59,973 nucleotides of DNA from a virus, in IMG/VR virus record IMGVR_UViG_3300045988_079322; one strand, 5' to 3'. A program made the translations under genes and the position numbers. The notes beneath the pieces are model-generated. The model ran no database searches, had not been told where the DNA came from, and saw nothing but the letters and a program-made list of their open reading frames with translations. Below, piece after piece: positions 53,817-59,973 of this stretch; the first letter of the stretch is position 1; each line of letters opens with the position of its first letter.

Positions 53817-54641
53817 ATGATTGATAAACGCCGACATTATGTGCTGGTGGTCGATACAGAAACCGCCAACACATTGACCGAGACTATCCCCGCTGAAATC
53901 GGTGAGAACGGGGAAATCATTACCCCGGAGCGCATCCGTATGGATATGTCAAATGTTTTGGTGTATGACTGCGGCTGGGCGGTCGTAGACACCAAGGGCA
54001 ATATTTATGAAACCGCAAGTTTTGTAAATCGGGACATTTTCAATGACGAGCGGGATTTAATGCGGACGGCCTATTATAACTGGAAAATCCCCCGGTATGT
54101 GGAGGAATTGCGTGCCGGCAGTCGCAAGATGGCTACTACCTATGAAATCCGTCAGGCCATGCTGGATACTATCGAGCGATACGGCATTAAGGAGGTCGCC
54201 GCATATAACGCCCGCTTTGATGATAACGCCCTTCGGGTTACTCAGCGTTGGGTCACTTGTTCCAAGTTCCGGTATTGGTTCCCCTTTGACAGCGTGGAAA
54301 TTTGGGACATTATGAAAATGACACAAGATGTCATTTGTCAGATGCCCACCTATAAAAAGTTCTGTGAAGAACATGGGTATATGCAGGCTAACGGCGTTCC
54401 CCGCAAGACTGCGGAAATCGTATGGCGGTTTATCTCCGGCAATACCGATTTTGAGGAAAGCCACACGGGGCTGGAAGATGTTCTGATTGAAGCGGAAATC
54501 ATGTGGTATTGTATGCGCCAGCATAAGCCCATGAGAAAGGCTCTGTATGAGAACAAGCGGGAGTTTCCGCCCATGACAGATTTTCAGCGTCAGCTTTCCG
54601 CAAGTCTGCGGCAAATTCCGACAATCCGGGTCGGGGCTTAA
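53817..54641 (+). CDS. DEDDh (DnaQ-like) 3'-5' exonuclease, 274 aa
   Basis: Exo I VVDTETAN, Exo II AYNARFDDNAL, Exo III ESHTGLEDV. Confidence 0.6.
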   Translation: MIDKRRHYVLVVDTETANTLTETIPAEIGENGEIITPERIRMDMSNVLVYDCGWAVVDTKGNIYETASFVNRDIFNDERDLMRTAYYNWKIPRYVEELRAGSRKMATTYEIRQAMLDTIERYGIKEVAAYNARFDDNALRVTQRWVTCSKFRYWFPFDSVEIWDIMKMTQDVICQMPTYKKFCEEHGYMQANGVPRKTAEIVWRFISGNTDFEESHTGLEDVLIEAEIMWYCMRQHKPMRKALYENKREFPPMTDFQRQLSASLRQIPTIRVGA

Positions 54642-54670
54642 TGCCCCGCCCGGTAGAAGGAGAAATAAAG

Positions 54671-54820
54671 ATGCTTCAAGGATTAAAAAATAAGGCTATC
54701 CGCTTTCTGCTTGAGCGGACGTGCCCGGATGTATTTACCATTAAGGCTATGCTTTCCAAAGTGACGCGGAAAGAGATGCAGTTTTATGTCGATCAATTCT
54801 ACTCAAAGAAAGAGGGTTAA
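54671..54820 (+). CDS. Micro-protein, 49 aa
   Basis: GAAGGAG Shine-Dalgarno then ATG 54671. TAA at 54818-54820. Confidence 0.3.
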   Translation: MLQGLKNKAIRFLLERTCPDVFTIKAMLSKVTRKEMQFYVDQFYSKKEG

Positions 54821-54822
54821 AT

Positions 54823-55005
54823 ATGAAAATAAAAACTGTATATACCTCTTCCCTTTGTCCAGATGCTGTTTTCATGGCGCTTGAAATTATCAAGCGTATG
54901 GGATGGTGTCATGATGAACCAGATGAAAATGGGGATATGTTGGTATCTATTCCCATTGAGGATGAACACTTGTTTGATTTTTTGGATAATTGTCTTTTTG
55001 GATAA
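54823..55005 (+). CDS. Hypothetical acidic protein, 60 aa
   Basis: Intact ORF. Confidence 0.4.
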   Translation: MKIKTVYTSSLCPDAVFMALEIIKRMGWCHDEPDENGDMLVSIPIEDEHLFDFLDNCLFG

Positions 55006-55009
55006 AATA

Positions 55010-55045
55010 AAGAGAGCTTCGGCTCTCTTTTTATTTTTTATTTTT
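55010..55045 (+). terminator. Intrinsic terminator
   Basis: AGAGAGC-TTCG-GCTCTCT followed by TTTTATTTTTT. Confidence 0.6.
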
Positions 55046-55048
55046 GGC

Positions 55049-55082
55049 GGGTCGCGCATGGGCGGCGCGACCCGAGTTTTTC
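55049..55082 (+). terminator. Cassette copy 5: GC-rich hairpin
   Basis: GGGTCGCGC-n7-GCGCGACCC followed by GAGTTTTTCTTT. Confidence 0.5.
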
Positions 55083-55092
55083 TTTGTAAATG

Positions 55093-55170
55093 TTGCACAA
55101 AAATTTCAGCCCCATTTTGTGTAAAATTCTGCACAAAAGCCCTATCCCAAAATTCTGATTTTTTGTGCAA
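55093..55170. promoter_or_regulatory. Cassette copy 5 operator cluster: TTGCACAA-N16-TTGTGTAA plus TGCACAAA and TTGTGCAA
   Basis: Half-sites at 55093, 55117, 55130 and 55163. Confidence 0.45.
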
Positions 55171-55178
55171 TTTGCCTA

Positions 55179-55207
55179 TTGCAATCTGCTTTCTGGTATG
55201 GTAAAAT
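55179..55207 (+). promoter_or_regulatory. Cassette copy 5 promoter: TTGCAA-17-TAAAAT
   Basis: 17-nt spacer, TGG at -15. Confidence 0.45.
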
Positions 55208-55277
55208 ACATTCAGAAAGTGAGAGAGACGAACGGCAGACAGCGACAGCGAACTTTCAAAAATCTTTCAAAAACCCC

Positions 55278-55306
55278 TTGACAAGCCCTTGTGAGTGTGC
55301 TATAAT
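55278..55306 (+). promoter_or_regulatory. Tandem promoter 2 of 4: TTGACA-17-TATAAT
   Basis: Consensus hexamers. Confidence 0.6.
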
Positions 55307-55354
55307 AAGTACAGAAAACAAGGCAAGGAACCTTGAAAAGTGAATAAAAAGGGC

Positions 55355-55383
55355 TTGACAAACTCTCCAAAGTGTGTTACACT
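55355..55383 (+). promoter_or_regulatory. Tandem promoter 3 of 4: TTGACAAACT-17-TACACT
   Basis: Class A -35 context. Confidence 0.5.
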
Positions 55384-55450
55384 ATAAGGGGAACGAGAGA
55401 GGGCAAACAAGTAAAGGGCAAAAGTTCTTGAAAAAAGTTTGAAAAACCTC

Positions 55451-55479
55451 TTGACAAACTCCTAATAGTGTGGTACAAT
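55451..55479 (+). promoter_or_regulatory. Tandem promoter 4 of 4: TTGACAAACT-17-TACAAT
   Basis: Identical -35 context to the promoters at 47195 and 51048. Confidence 0.6.
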
Positions 55480-55528
55480 ATAATCAAAGGACAAGGACAG
55501 TCCTAAAAACCAGAAAGGATGTATCATT

Positions 55529-55930
55529 ATGAGTGAGAAGAAAATCCGCATTACCAAGGCCCAGCGTTTTGAGGACATTAAGGCCCTCTTGACCGGCGGC
55601 GAGGTAAAGCATGGCACGACCATGGAGATTGCCATGACTGTTATCGACCATGAGTTGGAGCTGTTGCGGAAGAAGAATAGCTCCGGGGGAGATAAGAAGC
55701 TGACTCCGACTCAGCAGGAGAACGAGAGCCTTAAGGAGCAGATTATGGAGTATCTTGCCGGTCTGCCCGAGGACACCGACGGCGTGACCTGTACCGACAT
55801 TTTCAAGTCTGTGCCTTCTCTGGCCGCTTTCTCCACTCAGAAGGCCGCCGCCCTTGTGCGGATGCTCAAGCTGGACGGCCGTGTGACCTGTCAGGAGAAG
55901 AAGGGCAAGTCTCTCTTTAAGATGGCGTAA
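55529..55930 (+). CDS. Hypothetical early protein, 133 aa, driven by four stacked promoters; possible winged-helix C-terminus
   Basis: GAAAGGA Shine-Dalgarno. Intact. Confidence 0.5.
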   Translation: MSEKKIRITKAQRFEDIKALLTGGEVKHGTTMEIAMTVIDHELELLRKKNSSGGDKKLTPTQQENESLKEQIMEYLAGLPEDTDGVTCTDIFKSVPSLAAFSTQKAAALVRMLKLDGRVTCQEKKGKSLFKMA

Positions 55931-55938
55931 CCCCGTAT

Positions 55939-55963
55939 AGGGCGGGGTGAAAATCCCCGCCCT
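55939..55963 (+). terminator. Hairpin AGGGCGGGG-TGAAAAT-CCCCGCCCT (weak U-tract)
   Basis: Same loop TGAAAAT as the terminator at 53455. Confidence 0.4.
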
Positions 55964-56068
55964 ACTCTATCTTAGGGGGGTGAGACTATATCAAGCCGTA
56001 TCACTGACGCCGAGAGGTTATCGAGATATAAGCCTCTCCAACTGACACCAGAGGAGGAGGCGGAGCTA

Positions 56069-56386
56069 TTGGCCTATGACAAGGCGGTGGAAGCTGGCGA
56101 AAAAACGCAATACGATTTATCGCCCGATAAAGCGAAAATCGCGCAGAAATTCGCCCATGCTGGCACAAGAAAAACCCCTACCGCCTACAAATTTACACCA
56201 CGGCAACGCAAGCCAAACGCAACTAAAGGCGGCATAATCGCAGAGCTGGCGGACTTTTTGGAAAAAAATAGTCAATTCTCGATTGTTGACCTTGCCATAA
56301 CAAACAAGGAACGCCAAATTGCGTTTTCTATCGGTGGGGATAGTTTCGAGTTAACGCTTGTGCAAAAGCGTAAACCGAAAAAATAA
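56069..56386 (+). CDS. Hypothetical basic protein, 105 aa (TTG start)
   Basis: GAGGAGGAGG Shine-Dalgarno 8 nt before TTG 56069. Confidence 0.45.
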   Translation: MAYDKAVEAGEKTQYDLSPDKAKIAQKFAHAGTRKTPTAYKFTPRQRKPNATKGGIIAELADFLEKNSQFSIVDLAITNKERQIAFSIGGDSFELTLVQKRKPKK

Positions 56387-56463
56387 CGGGGTAGGGCTGG
56401 CCTACCCCAGCCCTACCAGAAAAGAGGTATTCCATAGTTAGCACACAGACACGGGAAAAGGAG

Positions 56464-56793
56464 TTTCTATACGTCGGGCATTATGTAGACGTAAAGGGGC
56501 GCTATATTCTCAAGATTGGCACGACAAACGACCTTGAAAGACGTGCCGCCGAGCATACAAGGAATTACAAACGAGCGAGAGACTATACTATGCCTACGGA
56601 TAGTGCTTTTTCCTATGATTGGTATATCCGGTTATCTAAGTATAATACCCTTCGATATGAGGACTTGAACCGGACTTTATGGCAAAATATGGGAATTGGA
56701 CATTTTATCAGAAATGACCGTTTTCTCTGTGATACGCCCCCGCGCATGGTAACAGTCATTATCCGCAAGGCATACCCCGTTATTCTGAATTAA
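56464..56793 (+). CDS. GIY-YIG nuclease-domain protein (T5orf172-like). No canonical start codon upstream of the domain; possible non-AUG start, frameshift or pseudogene.
   Basis: Motif LYVGHYVDVKGRYILKIGTTNDLERRAAEH (GIY...YIG...R...H) starts right after GAAAAGGAG. The first in-frame ATG is at 56590, after the motif. Confidence 0.4.
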   Translation, partial: FLYVGHYVDVKGRYILKIGTTNDLERRAAEHTRNYKRARDYTMPTDSAFSYDWYIRLSKYNTLRYEDLNRTLWQNMGIGHFIRNDRFLCDTPPRMVTVIIRKAYPVILN

Positions 56794-56798
56794 GAAGA

Positions 56799-56827
56799 AC
56801 CACCCCAGAAATGGGGTGGTTTTTTTG
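56799..56827 (+). terminator. Intrinsic terminator
   Basis: ACCACCCCA-GAAA-TGGGGTGGT followed by TTTTTTT. Confidence 0.6.
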
Positions 56828-56837
56828 TCCCAATATG

Positions 56838-56875
56838 CGGGCGGTCCGCTTGCGTGCGCCGCGGACCGAGTTTTT
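56838..56875 (+). terminator. Cassette copy 6: GC-rich hairpin
   Basis: CGGTCCGC-n11-GCGGACCG followed by AGTTTTTCTTC. Confidence 0.5.
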
Positions 56876-56929
56876 CTTCTATTTGCATTTTAGATAATTT
56901 TCGCTCGATTTTTTGTGCAAAATGACTAC

Positions 56930-56958
56930 TTGACATTCTCCTAAAAATGTGGTATTAT
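56930..56958 (+). promoter_or_regulatory. Cassette copy 6 promoter: TTGACA-17-TATTAT, with TTGTGCAA at 56913-56920 just upstream
   Basis: Ends ...TGTGGTATTATTA, as in copies 3 and 4. Confidence 0.55.
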
Positions 56959-56984
56959 TATCTCAACAAAGGAGGTCAAAGAGA

Positions 56985-57437
56985 ATGGAGAGTTTGAAGC
57001 AGTTTCGAGTTAGTTACAAGGTAACTTATCACTGTTGGGGCTATAAAGGAATTTTCCGCAGAGAGGCTTATAGATTTTCAGTCACGTTTTACAATGACCC
57101 TATGGAAACTCTATCCTATATTAACGCCAGAACTGAAAAAGAAGCTATTGAAATAGCAGAAACCTATATCAAAAAGCATATTGAAAGATATGTTGAGCAA
57201 TCGGAGAAAAATCAAGAAACCGGCGATTATATGATTTTGGGCGGGAATACTCCTCCCGATGGAAAATTCAAAATGTCAGATAAAATCTATTTTATCTCTG
57301 GATATGAATATGAACTTGTTTCTTGTAAAATGGTTTGCGATTGGTCAAAAGAAAGAGTTGAAAGAGCGGCTAAAGAGCTTACTATGGAACAATTCAAGCA
57401 AATTTTTAATGAAATTCCAACCGAGATTTTCAAATAA
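56985..57437 (+). CDS. Hypothetical protein, 150 aa
   Basis: AAAGGAGG Shine-Dalgarno then ATG 56985. Confidence 0.5.
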   Translation: MESLKQFRVSYKVTYHCWGYKGIFRREAYRFSVTFYNDPMETLSYINARTEKEAIEIAETYIKKHIERYVEQSEKNQETGDYMILGGNTPPDGKFKMSDKIYFISGYEYELVSCKMVCDWSKERVERAAKELTMEQFKQIFNEIPTEIFK

Positions 57438-57454
57438 AGAAGGGAGATTTTAAG

Positions 57455-57718
57455 ATGGATAATTCTGGATTCAATATTGCGGAAATGAATGATGAAACTT
57501 TGCAATATCTTCTTTCCGCTTGTGAAAAAGAAATGCAAGCAAGAAAGAATAAAGATAAAGAGAGAAAATGGAAGGCTGTCAGAACTGCTATTGCTGACTA
57601 TGTAGAAACATATGGCGATATTGTTTGTTCCTTGGCATATGAGGATGACTTTAGAATAAATCTCCACAATATTGATTTTGATACCATCGGAGTTTTTGAA
57701 GAAAGAGATAATTACTAA
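57455..57718 (+). CDS. Hypothetical protein, 87 aa
   Basis: GAAGGGAG Shine-Dalgarno. Confidence 0.45.
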   Translation: MDNSGFNIAEMNDETLQYLLSACEKEMQARKNKDKERKWKAVRTAIADYVETYGDIVCSLAYEDDFRINLHNIDFDTIGVFEERDNY

Positions 57719-57723
57719 AATAA

Positions 57724-57750
57724 AGAGGGCTTCGGCCCTCTTTTTATTTT
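57724..57750 (+). terminator. Intrinsic terminator
   Basis: AGAGGGC-TTCG-GCCCTCT followed by TTTTATTTT. Same stem as the terminator at 52045. Confidence 0.6.
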
Positions 57751-57768
57751 CATTTTTATTAAACTTGG

Positions 57769-57800
57769 CGGGCCGGTCGCGGGCGACTCGGCCCGAATTT
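57769..57800 (+). terminator. Cassette copy 7 (partial): GC-rich hairpin without an attached promoter
   Basis: GGGCCG-n13-CGGCCC followed by GAATTT. Confidence 0.4.
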
Positions 57801-57802
57801 CC

Positions 57803-58404
57803 CCGATCGGACCATAGCGCAAAATTTTCATAGCAAGTTGGCCATAACGCAACTTAGTCTAGAATCTCCCGAAATTATACCATAATCCGATCGGTTTTCT
57901 ATCTTACTCCGATCAGTCCAGCAATAGCGGCTTTCTCGTCCATTTTTTATAATAAAAAAATTCAAAATTGTCAAGTGTTCATAAGACTAATATTATCCCC
58001 TATACAGCTAACAATAGCAAAGATGTTGCTATGAAAAACAAATACCACCGAGAGATTTTTCTGCGGTACCGATCGGTTTAACGAGATTTTATAATAAAAA
58101 TAGCTAGAAAATTCTACTTTTAACTAGGTAAACCGATCGGTCCGCAGGTTTTTCCTCTTGTTTTTCTCTTAATATAGCGAAAATTCTCTAAAAATCTAGC
58201 AAAAACGCACATTTTTCTAATAAAATTACTTAAAAATTAGCAAAATTTGCCTCATTTTCAGCAAATCTTCTTGATGTTCACCCTTTCTATACTTTTATAG
58301 ATACAATTAAAAAGACTTATTCTCTAGCTAAGAATTTTCTAGTCGATGCCTCAATCAGAGAAGTTATTTTAGAATAAAAGATCTTTAAGCTAGGGCCGAT
58401 CGGT
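57803..58404. repeat. AT-rich noncoding region carrying six copies of the palindrome CCGATCGG (four as ACCGATCGGT), plus a 20-bp inverted repeat pair flanking a 55-bp AT-rich spacer. Candidate origin or control region.
   Basis: Copies at 57803, 57887, 57909 (variant CCGATCAG), 58068, 58132 and 58395. CTGCGGTACCGATCGGTTTA (58061) opposes TAAACCGATCGGTCCGCAG (58129). No ORF of 40 aa or more. Confidence 0.55.
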
Positions 58405-58468
58405 TGCAATTTATAAAATAATATTATATAATATAAATATAAAAGGAAAGAAAAGAGGAATATATTCC

Positions 58469-58942
58469 ATGGATTATACTAATATGATTAAATGTGCTCT
58501 TGATGGCGGTGCGTCTCTCGACGATATTGCTAAGGAGTTTACTGATGCTCTAAATGTCTTTAATAAGCAGAATCAGGTTCGGAAGGCTCGTCAGCAAGCT
58601 TTGGATGAAATTGAGTGCGACTTTCTAAATGCTGTTGATGATGAGCATCTTGATGCAGAGCATATCGGACAGCTTGCAGTTCTTATTTATGCTCCTTCTC
58701 ACCCTGAGTGGGATGCTGATACTATCAATAAATATGCAGAGGCTATCACTGAGACTGCTCGTATTTCTGCCCGAATTGTCGGGATGAATAATATCAATGA
58801 TGCACTTGCAGCGACAGAGGAAGAGCTTGATAAGATAATTGAGAAGGCGATTCAGGAGATGCGAAATGAATCGGTCTCCGTTTCCATCAAGAGCAACAAT
58901 GATGAAGATGTGGTAGCTAAGTTCTTGAGAGGGCTTAGATAA
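58469..58942 (+). CDS. Hypothetical acidic protein, 157 aa
   Basis: AAAGAGGAA Shine-Dalgarno. Intact. Confidence 0.5.
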   Translation: MDYTNMIKCALDGGASLDDIAKEFTDALNVFNKQNQVRKARQQALDEIECDFLNAVDDEHLDAEHIGQLAVLIYAPSHPEWDADTINKYAEAITETARISARIVGMNNINDALAATEEELDKIIEKAIQEMRNESVSVSIKSNNDEDVVAKFLRGLR

Positions 58943-58944
58943 AA

Positions 58945-58974
58945 GAGAGGTAGAGATACCTCTCTTTTTTTATT
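58945..58974 (+). terminator. Intrinsic terminator
   Basis: AGAGAGGTA-GAGA-TACCTCTCT followed by TTTTTTT. Confidence 0.65.
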
Positions 58975-59079
58975 GCTATTAAACAAGAGGAAAGAAGTAG
59001 AAGAATCGCGGAAGCCTAGGTTTACGATCGTTTTGACGAGTGTTGTGATGGTTGTACCTAGACCCGATCGGCACCCAAC

Positions 59080-59140
59080 TCTACTATTTCTCCAATTTTC
59101 TCTACTATTCTTCTAATTTTCTCCAATTTCACTTATATTC
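59080..59140. repeat. Direct repeats TACTATTTCTCCAATTTTCTC x about 3
   Basis: CTACTATTTCTCCAATTTTCTCTACTATTCTTCTAATTTTCTCCAATTT. Confidence 0.4.
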
Positions 59141-59253
59141 TCCCTATAGTCTATCCACTTTCTTATGGCTTCGCTTGTAATCTAACTCGAATCCTCATAT
59201 AGATTCAATAATCCCTTTTCCTCTACCTCTATTAATCTCTCTTACCCTACCCA

Positions 59254-59403
59254 TTACTCTTCTTCTTGACTTTTCCCTTTAATTTTTGATTCGATTTTTC
59301 TAAAACCTTCTTCCAGCTTTTCAATTCGATTTTCTAAATCATTTGCTCCCATCGTCCCATCTATACTTCCTTGAATATCCTCCCACCTCTGAAAATCTTC
59401 CAT
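59254..59403 (-). CDS. 49-aa coiled-coil micro-protein
   Basis: GGGAGG Shine-Dalgarno 7 nt before ATG 59401-59403 (MEDFQRWEDIQGS...KIKGKSQEEE). TAA at 59254-59256. Confidence 0.4.
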   Translation of the reverse strand: MEDFQRWEDIQGSIDGTMGANDLENRIEKLEEGFRKIESKIKGKSQEEE

Positions 59404-59430
59404 GGTTATCCTCCCTATCCATCGCTTTCT

Positions 59431-59718
59431 CACAAATACATGAAAAAGTCGCCGTTGTCTTTTCTTTGTTATCTTATATATGTTATATTTATGGTATTGT
59501 CAGAATACCATGAAATGGATTTTTATTTACTTTCATGGTATTGTCAGAATACCATGTCATAGTATTGTTGGAATACCATGAAATAAATCTTTCAATTAAA
59601 ATCATGTATTTGTCAGAATACTATGAAATTTTCATAACTTTCCAACAAATACATGATTTCATAGGTTTCTCACAATACTATGAAATTTTCATGGTATTCT
59701 CAGAAATACATGAAAATT
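59431..59718. repeat. Iteron or operator array with two repeat families: the palindromic unit ATGGTATTGTCAGAATACCATGAAAT (about 5 copies) and CAnAAATACATGA (3 copies)
   Basis: Copies at 59491, 59535, 59561, 59606 and 59682, plus 59431, 59644 and 59701. Lies between two minus-strand small genes. Confidence 0.55.
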
Positions 59719-59929
59719 AAAACGAAAATTTTTCTCCGTTGGGAGCGACATAATTATATTTATCCTCGTCAATAATTTTAGGAACTTCGTAAAAATCGTA
59801 ATACCCCTTCTTCTCAAGAGGAATCAAATACCCTTTTTCTACCAATCCTTCTATTGCATTTGTATATTTAGCTTTCTTTATACCCAACTCCCTCTCAATA
59901 ATAGTAGGGCCAAAATCATAATCTGTCAA
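59717..59929 (-). CDS. Small winged-helix-like DNA-binding protein, 70 aa
   Basis: KAKYTNAIEGLVEKGYLIPLEKKGYY resembles a recognition helix plus wing. In-frame TGA at 59936 bounds the start. TAA at 59717. Confidence 0.4.
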   Translation of the reverse strand: MTDYDFGPTIIERELGIKKAKYTNAIEGLVEKGYLIPLEKKGYYDFYEVPKIIDEDKYNYVAPNGEKFSF

Positions 59930-59973
59930 CTTCTCTGACTAACTAGCAAAAAATATCCATAAAGAAAACTCAC

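Noticed and set aside
54057-54614. 185-aa minus-strand ORF
   Set aside because: Antisense to the DEDDh exonuclease gene, which has clear catalytic motifs.
59431-59718. Possible CRISPR array
   Set aside because: Repeat units are of mixed families and lengths, partly palindromic, and have no regular unique spacers. It is iteron or operator-like instead.
1-59973. crAss-like (Crassvirales) podovirus assignment suggested by TAG recoding
   Set aside because: The roughly 2,900-aa tape measure protein, the chaperone-tape-measure-fibre order and sigma70/AbrB regulatory features indicate a long-tailed phage of a Firmicutes host.
1-59973. Integrase, attachment site or tRNA-adjacent prophage junction
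   Set aside because: No tyrosine or serine recombinase motifs or tRNA genes were seen. Lysogeny cannot be assessed from this window.

Overview
This window reads as a tailed double-stranded DNA phage genome segment, or prophage, of about 30 percent GC. Its defining feature is that TAG is used as a sense codon.

Minus-strand late module (about 5.5-43.8 kb). It runs in the order terminase, portal, scaffold, decoration-like protein, major capsid, head-tail connector genes, major tail protein, an approximately 2,900-aa tape measure protein, and distal tail and fibre proteins. Dozens of in-frame TAG codons interrupt these genes, while TAA and TGA behave as genuine stops. Conserved motifs of FolD, the DGR reverse transcriptase and the large terminase continue straight through TAG codons.

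Plus-strand left end (0.3-5.4 kb). It carries a complete diversity-generating retroelement: a target gene with Ig-like repeats and a C-terminal variable region (VR), an Avd-like ORF, the template repeat (TR), and a TAG-recoded reverse transcriptase. Every TR/VR mismatch sits at a TR adenine.

Plus-strand early region (43.9-59 kb). It holds many small accessory genes without in-frame TAG: a PARG-like macrodomain, a PTH2 peptidyl-tRNA hydrolase, an NT5C-like deoxyribonucleotidase, a DEDDh exonuclease, an AbrB/SpoVT regulator and a GIY-YIG nuclease. They are arranged as single-gene transcription units. Each unit is bounded by a repeated modular cassette of terminator hairpin, GC-rich covarying hairpin, a TTGCACAA-N16-TTGTGCAA inverted repeat, and a consensus sigma70-type promoter.

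The right end (57.7-59.7 kb) is a largely noncoding, AT-rich region packed with CCGATCGG palindromes and several iteron-like repeat families. It is a candidate origin or control region.

Promoter architecture, the AbrB/SpoVT regulator and the GC content point to a Firmicutes host. No suppressor tRNA was found in the window.

Limits. All translations were done by eye from the sequence. Boundaries of TAG-containing genes are approximate. Several product calls are tentative.
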